Assembly: GCA_964016885.1 (NCBI GenBank)
Contig: OZ024740.1
Span: forward strand, 320,354,001-320,418,000
Length of the DNA stretch: 64,000 nt
Direction of reading: 5' to 3'
DNA from: Eledone cirrhosa
Taxonomy: Eukaryota
In this document: positions 22,875 through 36,906 of the stretch, piece by piece
Layout of the letters: every line of letters begins with the position of its first letter
How positions within the stretch are numbered: the first letter of the stretch is position 1
Position numbers and translations under genes: made by a program
The notes under the pieces: generated by a model
The model's database searches: none
What the model was told of the DNA's origin: nothing
What the model saw: only the letters and a program-made list of their open reading frames with translations

Positions 22875-25385
22875 CTAACAGCGCTGCGATCGAATGTGGC
22901 TTTTTAGCCCAGCCAATGATCTAAAATGTCTTGCACAGAGTCGGCAACCAAAACATTCACTGGGAATAGTCGGCTGTGGTTGGAGTTTGTGTACTTTTGC
23001 ATGTCGCTTGAGCCCTCCTGCTGATTTACATTCTCTACCACATGTTTGGCAAGCATGATGAGTAGCATCTCCAACAGTCAACCACTGGTCTTACTTTATG
23101 ACTGCGAAGATGACTTTCGAGTCCAGCTTTGCTTAGGCAGAGTCTCGCACATACGCTGCATTTCAGCACCATAGGAGGACCCTCGCCGTCTGGAAGTGCA
23201 ACAGCAATGCCCTTCCTCACATCCCGCTTTACTTTCTCATATGCGATTCGAGATGCCTCAAAGGCAACTTTTCCCTCATATACAGTCTTTCTCCATTTAT
23301 TACGATCAGCAGCAATATTCTCCCATGTATCAGCAGAGATGTTAGCGTCTTTCAGAGAAGCTTTCAAGGAATCCTTATACCTCTTGTTTGGTTTATGTGG
23401 CGGTCGTTTTCCTTTAACCAACTCTCCATAAAAGAGTTGTTTTGGTATTCTAGAATCCTTCATCCTGGCAAGGTGACCACTCCAACGGAGTCGTTGCTTA
23501 AGCACAAGAGCTTCTATACTGTCACACATAGAGCTTTCCAAAATCTCGACATCACTGATGTGGTCCCTCCAGTGAACGCCATGGATCCGTCTGAGACACA
23601 TCTGATGGAAACGCTCCAATTGCTTAAGGTGGTGTCGATATGTGACCCAGGTCTCGCAGGCATAAAGAAGACAAGAGAGCACACATGCCCTGTACACCTT
23701 TACCTTTGTCCTCCTGCATATGTCTCGCCGACCCCAGAGTCGCCTTTCTAGCTTTCCGAAAGCATCACTTGCTTTTCTAATCCTAAGTGAGATTTCACTG
23801 TCAAGGTTGCTGTATTGATTGACAGTGCTTCCCAGGTAGACAAACTGATCAACCACTCCAAGTCGTTTGCCATGCACATAGATGTTTGGTTCAGTGTACT
23901 GCTTACCAGGGGCAGGTTGGTACATGACGACGGTTTTCTTGAGACTCACAGTCAGACCTAGGGCAGTGCAAGCGTCAGAAAATTCATTCAAAATGTGCTG
24001 CATATCACTCTCTGTGTGCGCTACAAGATCGCAATCATCTGCATACAAGAGGTCTCTTATGATTGATGTGAACACTTTTGTCTTCGCAGCAAAGCGCCTG
24101 ATGTTAAATATGCTGCCTGAGGTTCGATATCGGATGTAAACACCATGCTCGCAATTCCTGAATGCAATACAGAAAACCATTGCAAAGTATATGGCAAACA
24201 GGGTCGGTGCTGGAATATCCCCCTGTGTCACTCCATTTTTTACTGAGATAGGCTCCGACATGTTACCTCCGACATTAACCCAAGCCTTCATGTCGTCATG
24301 GAAAGACCTAACTAAAGCAAGGAACTTATCAGGGCAACCAAGTTTCTGGAGAACCTTCCATAATGCATCTCTGTTAACAGTATCGAAAGCTTTTGTCAGA
24401 TCGACAAAAACCTGATACAGATCTAAGCCTTGCTCCATGCACTTCTCCTGGAGCTGTCTAGCTGAGAAGATCATATCAGTAGTGCCGCGTCCAGAACGAA
24501 AACCAGATTGACTTTCAGGAAGAACACAATCTGCAATGTGTGTCAGCAGACGGTCCAGAAGCACCCTACATAAAACTTTCCCTACGACAGAAAGCAATGA
24601 TATACCTCTGTAGTTCCCACAATCGTTCCTGTTACCCTTTCCCTTGTACAAGACCACCATTACTGTATCTCTCCAGTCCTCAGGTACGGATTCATTAGCC
24701 CATATCCCAAACAAAGAGTGAAGATGTTGCAGGAGTCTCTCACCACCATATTGTAGGAGCTCAGCATGTATGTCATCCATACCTGGAGATCTTCCACTGT
24801 TCAGCTTCGAAATAGCCACTGCAACCTCCACAAGCGTCGGAGGTTCTGCGAGAGCTACTTTCACAGGACTTTCTGGAATGAGATTGAGAAAATCTTCACT
24901 GACGACAGACGGCTCTCGCCACCTTCGTAGAATTCTTTGTGTGTCACGAAGAAGTTCTTTGCCATCCTTGCTGCGAAGCGGTGTCACCAGAGAAGAAAAC
25001 GGTCCATAAACCTCACACAAGAGACTGTACAACAGCTTTGTGTTATTGGAATCAGACGCAGTTTGTATCTCACCAGCCTTCTCACTCCATCACTGATCCT
25101 TCATCTGAGAAAGACTCCTCCTAACACGTGATTTTACATCCCTGAGTTCCTCATGCAACGTATTCCTCTCCTGTGGTTTTGCCGTCAAGTAGCGTGACAG
25201 AGCACGCCTCTTATCAGCCAACAAGTCTTCTATATGTACATCATTCTCATCAAACCAGTCCTGATGTTTCCTCTGCGCCAATCCCAGAACACGCCTGCCT
25301 ACATCATAAACCGACTTTTTAAGGGTCGGCCAATCCTCACCAAGATCTGCAGCCTGCATCTCTTCTTCCAATGTCCTCTTCACAT
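22875..25385 (-). mobile_element. 5'-truncated RTE-clade LINE with C-terminal C2H2-like fingers
   Basis: HQDWFDEND, SPGMDDIHAE, NYRGISLLS, QSGFRSGRGTTDMIF, FVDLTKAFD, LLYADD, RLRWSGH; frameshifts near 25090 and 23080; three Cx2C-x12-H repeats at the end. Confidence 0.92.
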
Positions 25386-25510
25386 TCATACATACATACA
25401 TACATACATGCATACATACATACATACATACATACATACATACATACATACATACATACATACATACATACATACATACATACATACATACATACATACA
25501 TACATACATA

Positions 25511-25922
25511 CATGGTGGCTGCCAACTCGTTTTCGAGTACGGCAACTACTTTATATCCATGTAGGAGAAACCCTACCGATGCGCTGAACGAGTGACTTTT
25601 TAGTCCAGCCTGCGACTTGAAAACTCTGGTACAAACACTACACTTGTGACAATTATTGACACATAGTGCTGGGCCCATGGTACCATGTGACAACAAGTGC
25701 AGAGAGATCTCCAGATATAAAGCAATGCCTGTGCCGTGAAGCTTTTATAGTGAGCAAAGGCACTGCACAAAGCCAGTCCCACTCTCTTAACCAAGATGAT
25801 ATTTACCAAAAAGAAGAACAAGTCAACATCATTGGATACCATCCGGGTTGCAGGTGTTATATCAGAGTTTTCCTTCTCCTAGAATTCTGCCTTGACAAAG
25901 GCTAAGGGGTCATCTCTCCCGG
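25511..25922 (-). mobile_element. 5'-truncated copy of the bipartite RTE-derived element
   Basis: Reverse complement of ~7337-7745; (TACA)n on both sides. Confidence 0.78.
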
Positions 25923-26016
25923 ATATACATACATACATACATACATACATACATACATACATACATACATACATACATACATACATACATACATACATAC
26001 ATACATACATACATAC

Positions 26017-29000
26017 GTTATATACAGTGGAGCTACCAGCTTAACAAAGAATTATATGAAACATACAAACAATCTGAACTCCAAAATTTCGGTTTTATGC
26101 AAAGGCTAAAAACTTTATGGAACTCCAAACACCCAGAATTAGACTTTTCTCCAAAGCATTTAAATGAACAGGCAAAACGTATCATTAGATGTAAATTGAT
26201 ACATCTAACGGAATTGAGTGATACTACAAATACAGCCCTTGTAGACAACCACCCCACCTCCACTGACAGACAAAGAGAATGGCCAGCTAAATCTAACAGT
26301 GAACAGCTCACCGACAATTTTGCTGAAATCCATCCCACTTCCACTGAAGAACAGCGAGAAAGGTCAGCTAACTCTAGTAGTAATTGTCACCACATCAACA
26401 ACGAGGCTGAAATTCATGACTCTACTGTACAAACAGAACACCAAAAACTTGTGGACACCTTACAAGTGATATGGAACGATATGTTTCAAGAGATACACAG
26501 CCTTAATGTGAGTGACAGACCATACAACACCAGAATCAGTAAAGAACCCACTAAATTGGAATTGGAAGTAGTGAACGAAATAGCTGGCAATTATCTGAAG
26601 GCTATACGATCTAAAGGTGTAGAAACGACATTTGAAACACTTAATATTTTGTTATATGTTTCAGCTGTCACATTGCTATCATATAACACACATCTAAAAC
26701 CACGCAATCAAGATACAAACAGAAAGCCTGAACCAGCGTGGATGCGAAATTTAAAAACCAAAATGTTGTCCCTGAGACGAAGTATCTCACACATCGCAGT
26801 CGTTATGAAATGCAACATAGAGAGCAACTTCACACGACACCAGGAAGACCTAAAAAAAGAGTAAGAGACGATTTGGAGATACAAAATTTAAAACTTTGAA
26901 CTCCAAATTACACCAGTTGAAACAACTCACAGCTAAAACAGAAAGACTAAAATATAAATCAACAGCACATAAACGACAAGTGCTAAATAGATTGTTTGCC
27001 AGAGATCCTAAATCAGTTTATCGCAGCTTCGGTGGCAAAAGCTCAATCCCTGTAAATGACACCCCTTCAAAAGAACAGGTTGAGAGCTACTGGAGATCTG
27101 TATGGGAACGGATGACGGATTCAACAGACAAGCTAATTGGCTAAAAGAACTGGAACAGGACTACTGCCAACATGTCCAGACAAAACAATATGACATAGAT
27201 GGGTCAATACTGGAAACAGCTCTACAGAAAATGTCGAATAGGAAATCGCCAGGCCCAGACCTCATTACAGGATACTGGTTGAAGAATTTCACTTTCTATC
27301 GGCAAGATCTCATACGGCTGTTTACAGAAACCATTAAAGGCACACAAGAACTGCCCAGATGGTTATCAACTGCCACTACTGTCCTCATTCCCAAAAATAG
27401 CCAAACCACCCTTGCTAAAAATTACCGCGCAATAGCCTGCCAAAACATCATGTATAAATTATATACTGGGTGCCTTAACCTGTTCTTACAGGATCACTGT
27501 GCTACCAACAACATCATAACACCTGAGCAAGCTGGTGGAAAGAGGGAGGTGTGGGGTTGCATAGATCACCTACTAACTAACAAAATGATTCAGGAAAAAA
27601 CAACAAAGAATCGCAGAAACATGACTGTGGTGTGGCTGGACTATCAAAAAGCATTTGATAGTGTACCTCATGGGTGGATTATTAAGGCTTTACAGTTAGC
27701 CAAAGTCCCACAACCATTGGTAGCTGCTGTTGAACGCCTGACCAAGAACTGGTACACCAATTTGATCCTTAGAGGTGAGAAGGAGCAAGTTAAGACTGAT
27801 AAGATACATTACCAGAAAGGCATCTTTCAGGGTGATAGCTTGTCAGTGCTACTCTTCGTTCTCTCACTGAATCCACTATCTTACCTACTCAGGAAACAAG
27901 GTGGACAAAGAAGTGGGTCCAGAAGTATCTCCCATCTTTTCTTTGTTGATGACCTGAAGTTGTATGGGCCAAGAAACAATTGGACCTCATTACACAATTT
28001 TCAACCGACATCAAAATGAAATTTGGTGAGTCCAAGTGTGCATATTTGGCAGTAAAACGTGGAAGAGCTGTGCCCTCCTCTAGAAATCTAGAGATGAACG
28101 GCCTGACAATACAACCTCTACAGTCAGGTGACAACTACAGATATCTTGGACAGGATGAGAATGTCAGATATGATGGACCCATAAATAAGGAAAGAACCAG
28201 AACTGAATACCTCAGAAGAGTAAAGAAAATATGGTCATCAGAACTGTCAGCGTACAACAAATACATTGCCCACAATACTTATGCTGTGCCAATTCTAACG
28301 CCAACATTTGGCCTGCTGAACTGGTTATTGCAAGAACTAAGTGAGATGGATGTTAGAACTCGCAAACTTCTCAGTGTTACTGGGAACTTTAACATCAATG
28401 GTGATGTGGATAGGCTATACTTCTCACGCAAGGAAGGTGGCCGGGGTCTAAAATCAATATTAACAACATATGAGACCCGGATAGTAACACTGAAGCAACA
28501 CCTTCAACAGAGGAAAAAGGTTGGCAACCATCTTGCCAAGGTTTATGAGCATGAAAAAAAAATATCCTTAGAATAGCGACTGATCTGGAGGAGAGATATG
28601 GAATAAAGCCTGATATAAATCTCTCACCCAGAGTAATCGGAAGATCCTATTCAATGTTCAAACAAGATAAAAAAAAATTGACCAATTTACAGAAAAAGTT
28701 GTGCATGGATACTTGAGACGTAAAACACAGACCATAGAGGGGATAAACCACTCAAAAAGCCTGGCATGGAGTTCCGACAAGTTTATGACATCATACCTTG
28801 AGGGATATCTCTATGCAATACAGGAAAAAGAACTCTCTACCAAATATCTGCTGCACAAAATAGGAGGGCCAGCAGCTGACAATAAATGTAGGCTATGTAA
28901 AACAAAGATCGAGGATGTAAGCCACATTGTTGCCAGCTGCGAAAGAATGTCATCTCGCTACTACCTCCCCATGAGACACGATGGGATAGCTAGAACCATC

Positions 29001-29540
29001 TGGAATGCACTTCGGAAAACAAAATTAACAACAAAGAAGGAAGAATATATTGAGACAGATGGCACTAAGGAATACTGGTGGAACCTGAAAATAAAAACTG
29101 CCACCAAATTAAAGCACAACCGGCCTGATATTGTTGTTTGGGACCACACATTGAAAACGTGTTCTGTTGTGGAGATCAGCTGCCCACTTGATGTAAACGT
29201 TGTCAGAAAAATACAGGAGAAGGAGGACATCTACGGACCATTGATCAGGAGTTTACAAATCCAGTATCCAAGACATACCTTTAGCTTTATGCCCATCATT
29301 ATTGGAGCTACGGGTTATATACCAACCCGCTTGGACCAAAGTATGACTGAACTTGGATTTGCGGACAAAAATGCAGATCCCTAATTCATAGTCTACAAAT
29401 GACTGCGATAGCTGGCACCTTCAAAATTTGCAAAACATTCTTGCGATTCAAGGGATGACAATTTCTTTTCTTTTACAACCTTGCCACCAGGAAGGTGGCC
29501 GGTCAAAAAAATATATACTCGAAATTAAGAGAAAGAGATA
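26017..29540 (+). mobile_element. R4/Dong-like RLE non-LTR retrotransposon, family A, frameshifted
   Basis: KSPGPD, WLDYQKAFDSVPH, GIFQGDSLS, HLFFVDDLKLY, GGRGL, CRLC..H...C, RHD, NRPDIVVWD..VEIS; (TACA)n on both sides. Confidence 0.9.
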
Positions 29541-29591
29541 ACATACATACATACATACATACATACATACATACATACATACATACATACA

Positions 29592-29622
<31 letters not shown>

Positions 29623-29699
29623 GCACACATGTATTGGTGCATATGTGTGAAAGCAGATTTTCTTCTGTTCTTTTTCTTCAGAGGGTGGGGTGGTTCTTT

Positions 29700-32222
29700 T
29701 TAACATGCTTTATTGAAAACTAAACCATTAAGAGATAGTCGTGTGTTCTGAATAATCCTTCATATTTTGCAAGTTTCCAAGTTCCATTAATGTTTCAAGA
29801 TATTCTCGATCTAATCTTCGGTGCGGAGTGAATTTAATGGTCATTGTTATTAACATTTATTGTTAGCAAGAATCATTCAATGACATTCTGATGTTCTGAT
29901 GTTCTGACGTTCTGACGTTCTGACGTTCTCTGTATTGTTTGCCTTGAATACGTTTGATCTTACTGTTGGCGTCAAGAAATATTTTGGCAATAGTTTCTGG
30001 TGTTAGCTTGTTACTAAATTACACTATCTGATCGCTGAACTTTGCACTATATTTTGCTTCCATGACTATTTTTATATTTCCTTGAGAAATTTTATATAAT
30101 ATATATGTTTGTAGTTTGGTTCCGATCGGGATCTTTATATATCCACTTTCTCAGATGTCAGCGGTATTGCTGGCACGTGTTCTTATATAAAAAAAAAGTC
30201 AGTGAAAAGTCAGTAATTATCAATACCTTTTCTGGCGTCACATTAACTGTACTAGAATCAGCGTATTGATGTACATTGTTCAAAGAAATCGTGGTCTTTG
30301 TCCAGACACAAAATCTGACACGGTTGAATAGCTTGTCAACTGTGCGGTATAATATGTGGATATCATAGTAAGCTTAGGCATAGCTAAGAGGATGAAGATG
30401 AAATGAGAGTTGAAACAATTATCATCCTTGTCTTACTCCAGCTTTCACTTCAAACTAATTTGTAGTGAAAGGCTAGCACCACAATTCGGCTTTCCTGATG
30501 TCAAATAAGAGACGTGTGATCGAAGGGAATTTATGTGGCTAGTAAAATTTGGTTAGCTTCTTTCCACTGAACTTCACAATTTCTGGAATCAAATACCGTG
30601 AAGAGATCATATAAAATAGTATGTTTGTTCTCGAATTTCTCCTATTAACTAGTGAGCAACGAAGATCATATCGATAGTGATGCTGGATGGTCAAAAACCA
30701 GATTCGAATGAAAGTGACTCCTATTGCGGGATGAATCGAATAAGGAGGATTCTAGCCAGAAGTTTTCCAGGGGCAAACAATAAAGAAATTCTATAATTGC
30801 TACAGTCTGATTTGTCTCCCTTTTCGAATATGGTAAGAACAGTTGTATCTCTGAGCTTTCTTGGTATTTCTCTTACCACCAGATTAACAAAAACAGAATA
30901 TGAAGATTTGTTTAAATATTTCAGTCAGTATCCCGTCTGACCCAAGTGCTTTGTTGTTTTTTTAGGGAATATATGGCTTATTTTAGTGTTTGCAATGTCA
31001 TGTACAGCTGAATTGATCATCATCGGGCTTTAGGCGATGTTGTTCAGAAATATTTTGTGGGTTGCACGAACCCGATTAAACAAGTCTCGAAAATGTTGAA
31101 ATGTTCCTTTCATCTGTTATTGACAATTGCTTGTTTGTTTATAAGTTTTGTACCATATTTAGATCTAATGTTTAGAACTTGTACATGGAGTGCTTTGAGA
31201 ATGCATAAATTGTGTTGTCATGCGTGTCAGTCAGTTTTAATAACTCAAGTGCTTTGACCTGTTCCCAATTGTTCTTCATTGCGCATGCTTGTTTCTAGAC
31301 TGCTTCTTTTGTTTACTAAAGAGATTTCCTTTTGTGCTCATTCTTTGTCATTTAGGTTGCTATAAGAAGGTGTTCTATTTCCTTTCATCAGCTGCTCGAT
31401 TTGAGTCTTCTTCTCGTCAAACCAGTCAGTGTTATTTTGCCTTTAACCCCAATGACTACAAATAAGTTGCAGTGAGAGCACTAGAGAGCACCATGTGTTT
31501 TTAACGATCTCTCTGTCTTCCAAACTGATGGATGAGAATTTATCGTCTCAGCAATCCTGAAATTTCTCTACGGTTGCTGTATCTGAAAAGGAAGAGTTTC
31601 TAAAGTCTTCATTCTTCAGTCCACATGACTTTGGAGTTGATAGAGTTGTTATGTTAGATCTTATTAGATGGTTATCTACCCAGTAATTGACTATTCCTGT
31701 TATGAACTGTGTTATGTGAACATCCTTGTAATCATAAGTTGTTGTTGCGGCACATAATGGTTTTGATTTAGCATCATTTATCCGAACACAAATACTCGGG
31801 CATTCTTATAGGGACATCAGAGTAGCAAGAAGCTGACCATCGATCCTGACTCCTGCAGAACCTTCCACAGCAGGTCTCGAGGAACGTAGTCACATTCTTT
31901 TTCAAGCTCAACAAAACAAGAAAATACCTCTTGGCAATATTCCCACGATTTCTCGAAGGCCTGCCGCTGTGTGAATATTTGGTCGACTGTGCTGCGTCCG
32001 GGACGAAAACCAGACTGTTCATCAGCTAGCTTGAACTCGATAATCTCCCTGCATATTTTTGCCAGACACTTAGCATAGACTTTCCGAGAAGGATTTACAA
32101 GGGAATCCCTCTGTAATTGGAACAATCTCTCTTGTCTCCCTTTTCGAACATTGGGATTATCACTCTCGATTGCCATTGCTTAGGTGCCTTTCCAGAGATC
32201 CAGACCACCCGGCACACACGGG
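29700..32222 (-). mobile_element. Highly decayed RTE-like LINE fragments
   Basis: Minus strand gives KNNKALGSDGILTEIFK (~30915-30962), DWFDE (~31415-31430) and EQSGFRPGRSTVDQIF (~31975-32025). Boundaries approximate. Confidence 0.55.
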
Positions 32223-32244
32223 TTAGCCAGAGAATACTTTCTCT

Positions 32245-32950
32245 AGTGGTGGTGGTGGTGGTGGTGGTGGGGGTGGTAGTGGTGGTGGTGGTGGTGTTAG
32301 TGGTGGTAGTGGTGCTGGTGGCGGCGGTGGTGGTGGTGGTGGTGGTGGTGGTGGTGGTGGTGGTGGTGGTGGTGGTGGTGGTGGTGGTGGTGGTGGTTGT
32401 GGTAGGGTAGGGTGGGGTGGTAGGGGTGCTGGAGGTGGTAGTGGTAATGGTGGTGATGGTGGTAGTGGTAGTGGTGGTGGTGGTAGTAGTGGTGGTGGTG
32501 GTGCTGGTGGTGGTGGCGTGGTGGTGGTGGTTGTTGTTGTTGTGGTGGTGGTGGCGGCATGGTGGTGGTGGCGTGGTGGTGGTGGTGGTAATGGTGGTGG
32601 TGGTGGTTGTGGTAGGGTAGGGGTGGGGTGGTATGGGTGCTGGAGGTGGTAGTGGTAATGGTGGTGACGGTGGTAGTGGTAGTGGTGGTAGTAGTGGTGG
32701 TGGTGGTGCCGGTGGTGGTGGCGTGGTGGTGGTGGTTGTTGTTGTTGTGGTGGTGGTGGTGGTGGTGGCGACATGGTGGTGGTGGCGTGGTGGTGTTGGT
32801 GGTGGTGGTGGTGGTGGTGGCGACGGTGGCGGTGGTGGTGGTAGGGTGGGGGTGATTGGGGGGGGGGGGGTAGTGGCGTTGGAAGTGGTAGTGGTAATGG
32901 CGGTGATGGTAGTAGTGGGGGGGTAGTAGTGGTAGTGGTGGTTGTGGTAG
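32245..32950. repeat. Long degenerate (GGT)n array
   Basis: GGT/GGC/AGT triplets with internal higher-order duplication; explains the poly-Pro/His/Val ORFs. Confidence 0.95.
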
Positions 32951-34227
32951 CGATAACATTAGTAATAGAAAATAAGAAAATAAAAGATAGTCGAAAAAAT
33001 ATACGTATATATGAAAACCTGCATGTTTGCATGTATGCATGTACACATGTATTATATAAGCGCATCCTTACGGGGTCGATAAAATAAAGTACCAGTAATG
33101 CACTGGGTAATTGCTGGCCTTGTGCCTAAAGTAGAAACAATTATATAAGCGCACACGTAAGTGTCCGAGCATACACGCACATATTACAGAATTATGTACG
33201 AAAAAGATAATAAATATTAGATAAAAAATAAAAACTAGAAAATAAATCTAAAAAAATAAAGCTGCAACCTGGTGCAGTCTACGACTAACCCAGGCTCTGC
33301 TGCACTTCTGATCGAGCGGGGTAAACTCTCCAAATATCGGTCGTTCTCCGATAGGTTTGTGGTCGAGCCTGTAGCAGTGGAGACATCTGGTGTTCTTGGC
33401 CCTAGGACAACTTCCCTACTCACCACTATCGGCACGGAGGAAACCCGTTCTCTGTTCTGCCCGCCGGGACTGCGGGGCTGCCAGCGTGTGGGTTCCCATT
33501 TGCTTATAATAGTGAGAAATGGGGAGAGCGAGAGAGACGGAGGCAGTGGGTGAAAGAGAGAGAACATCAAAACACACATGCGCAGAGTGCTAATACATAT
33601 TGAAAGATTGACATCTGACTACAAAAAATTAAAATTTACTTTAACTGAACTAATAAAATATGGTGGTTGTTATGGTTGTGTGACTGTGGGGAGATATTCC
33701 GATGGATGGTGTTACCTGTTATAATGGTTTCTCATTTAGGCACAAAGTCAACAATTTGGCGGAAGGGGAAAGTCGATTAAATCGACTCCAGTGTGTTACT
33801 GGTACTTTATTTTATCGACCCTATAAAGATGAAAGGCAAAGCTAACCTCGACGCGATTTGAACTCAGATCGTAAGGGCCGTAACTCTATGCCATAAAGCA
33901 TGTTGTCAAACGTTCCATCGATACCGCCAATCCTCCTCCGCCCTTCCCCTCTTAAATAATTATTTCTACTTTTGGCACAAGGCCATCAATTACCCCCCAG
34001 TATATTACTGGTACTTTATTTTATCGACCCCGTAAGGATGAAAGGCAAAGTTAACCTCTTAAATAATGAAAGATTACGTTAAACGGTGTTGTCGTACAGT
34101 CTCCTAAAACGATGAGGCGGTCACGGCTGGAATACATGTCCAATTAAGGTTAACCTGGAGCTAAACAATAGGATCAACTGTTTTTCCTATTCATTCGACG
34201 ACGCCAAACATATTAAGGTTTACTTAC

Positions 34228-34357
34228 CACAGTAGTTTTAGTCTTACAGCGGGCAATTCCTGACAGATAACTGGGTCCAGGATTGCCAGTACTGGTCGGA
34301 CAGGCATTGAAGTCTATTTGTTTGAAATACATATCCATCACTGACAGAGCTACTATT
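34228..34357 (-). CDS. Host gene, coding exon 2 (not in ORF track)
   Basis: tttcatag|A ATA GTA...ACT GTG|gtaagt, 130 nt. Completes Arg from exon 1, then IVALSVMDMYFKQIDFNACPTSTGNPGPSYLSGIARCKTKTTV. Phases match on both sides. Confidence 0.88.
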
Positions 34358-34984
34358 CTATGAAATAAAACAATACAACAAATATTTATATATTAATGAT
34401 CATATATTCAAGAAAGAAAACATAGACAAAAGAATGAAGAAGAACTGAAGATAGAAACAGAAGCATGAACGTAAGAGTAAACGAAATAGACAATAATGAA
34501 ATATAGTATTTGAAAAAATACTTAATCATTCATACATACATACATACATGATAGCTGCCGCCTCGTTATCGAGTATGGCCATTTCACGATATACCATTAT
34601 TAATAATTATTAATTAATTCTATCGTGCAATGTCTGTGCGTGAAGATATCTTTTAAAGTGAGGAAAGACTGTGCACTGAGCCAATCCCACTCTCTGAGCG
34701 ACAGTGGCTATAACCCGAAAAGAAGAAAAGATCAACATGATCGGTAACTAGTGAGCCGCAGGTTTTATATCGGAGTTATCCCAGTTTCCTGAGTTGCCTT
34801 CTCCTAGAAAAATGCCCTGACAAAGGCTAGGGGTCCTTCACTCTCAGTGGTTTAACTGCGCGGTACATGTTTATATACATATTTACACACTTTCGGATGG
34901 CCGTTGACTCTTATGAGTTCTTCCGCCCTTACATACATACATGCATACATACATATATGCATACATACATACATGCATACATAC

Positions 34985-35425
34985 ATCTGCAGATACTCCA
35001 CCCTGATTACACCTTCAGATTTATGCCTGTGATTATTGGGGCACTGGGGTATGTTAGTTACTGCCTCAATACAAATCTTGAGAAGCTCGGCTTCACAGGA
35101 ACAGAAAAAACACAACTAGTTATGAAATTACAAGTACAATCCATTAATGGAACAGTAAAAATATGTAAAACATTCCAAAAATGTTGCATCTAATAACTGC
35201 ATATACACATGTACAGATGCAAAGCATATACACATGCACACATACAACTCAAAACATCCACATCCACACATACAATAACATCCATATCTACACATGCATG
35301 CATACATACATATCTACCTAGTTGATGTTGTGTAAATTCCAATGAGAGAGTCTTGTGTCTATGTTAGAAACCGACTCTCTCTCTTTATTGGGAAACAATT
35401 TGTGAAATTATAAAACAGAAGAACA
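34985..35425 (+). mobile_element. 3' fragment of R4/Dong-like family B
   Basis: LQILHPDYTFRFMPVIIGALG..KTFQK plus a 3' UTR matching 49262-49690; TACA flanks. A 3'-UTR-only piece lies at ~6990-7095 (-). Confidence 0.85.
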
Positions 35426-36906
35426 TACATGCATACATACATGGAAGTCAGCTGCCCAGCAGACTATACCTTCAGATTTATACCTGTGATTATTGAGGCA
35501 CTGGGATATGTTAGTAACTCCTCTTCACATTCAAAGGAGATAAATCCCTCATCTACCACACGACATGCTGTGACACATTCTCCGCCTTCAGCTTAGTCGC
35601 TTCGGCCACAAACCCCGGTACCGCGGCCCGCAAAACAGAGGACAAGAAGATAAACAAATACGCAAAGCAGAGGACAAGAAGACAAACAAATACTGGGGCT
35701 TGTCCGGCCGCTGCCTCATTGCATCGATCACCGTCGAGACTTCAGGAAGTTTCGGATCCCGCACAGTCGAGGTCCTCCGTAAAATCTAAACGTCAGCAGC
35801 ACGTCTGATAAAGGAGCCCCGCGAGGTGAGGTAACTGTTACATCGGGTGTCACTGGCCATTGTCTACGGAAATCCCTTTGCAATTTTGTCCGCGGAGCGC
35901 AGCCGAAACATCGCCTCTCTTTCTTCCGTTGCCTAATCGTCTCTGCCTTTTCCCTATAGTCCTTGCTCTTTCTTTCCCTTTATTCTCATTTATGGCATTT
36001 ATTGTCCTTTCCCTTACTTTCTTACCAAATTTGCTCTTTTTTACCCCTTTTTTCGTTACTTAATTTTGTTTTTATCCTTTATTAATATTTCTATAATTGT
36101 ATAACTTTTGTTCAATAAATACAAGGTTTTATTTATATTACAGTTCGTTTGAGAATGTTGATTCATTCCGAATTATTGCGTCAAATCAATTCAGAAAATG
36201 TTCCAAGTTGATCTTCATAATAATGCACAAGAAAATAAATGACAGAACCTAAAATATAATTTTACTCTTACACGTTTTTACCATTTTCTTGAAAAACATG
36301 CTTTTTTTCAAAAGACTACAATATATTTTTCTTTTGGGTAATTCTTTCCAATGTCTGTAGCAGTTTTTGTGATATTCAGAAAACTTCTTCGGTATTTGTA
36401 TTGTCCTTCAACTACCAATAATCCAGAAAAAATTCAGGTGATGTTTACGACTGACCCAGGTGTGCCGTATGACGGACCAAATATGCTTGGTAAAGGGACT
36501 AAATTTGATATGGCGAGTTTTTTGTATGTTTCGGCTTGTCTGTCTCCTCCAGAGACGGATCCCTAAATTTTGAAATATATTTTAGGGTTGAGAAAAATTC
36601 AATTTGGGTTTGGCATACTTGAGAAACGAGTTCAGTAAGATAGGAAATTGAAACCTCCCACCAAGATTTGCATTTAGGATGCTTGCATTATCACATTCCT
36701 GCTACATTCGTTTAAAATATGGACGCTGGATCGCCGACACAATCCTCTAAAAATGCTTAAAGCATATGTTAAACATTATTTACACCTAACACACAAATAT
36801 CGTAAAGGGTGGACTATCTGAATATGGAATTTCACCTCATTAAATACTATATGCTTTGAGTTATACATGCCCTCAGTCATTGTGATTTCAGGCTACCAAA
36901 ATAATT

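Noticed and set aside
32117-33065. Pro/His/Thr/Val-rich ORFs
   Set aside because: Translations of the (GGT)n array in several frames.
36130-36900. Possible DNA-transposase remnant
   Set aside because: No recognisable motif or terminal repeat.
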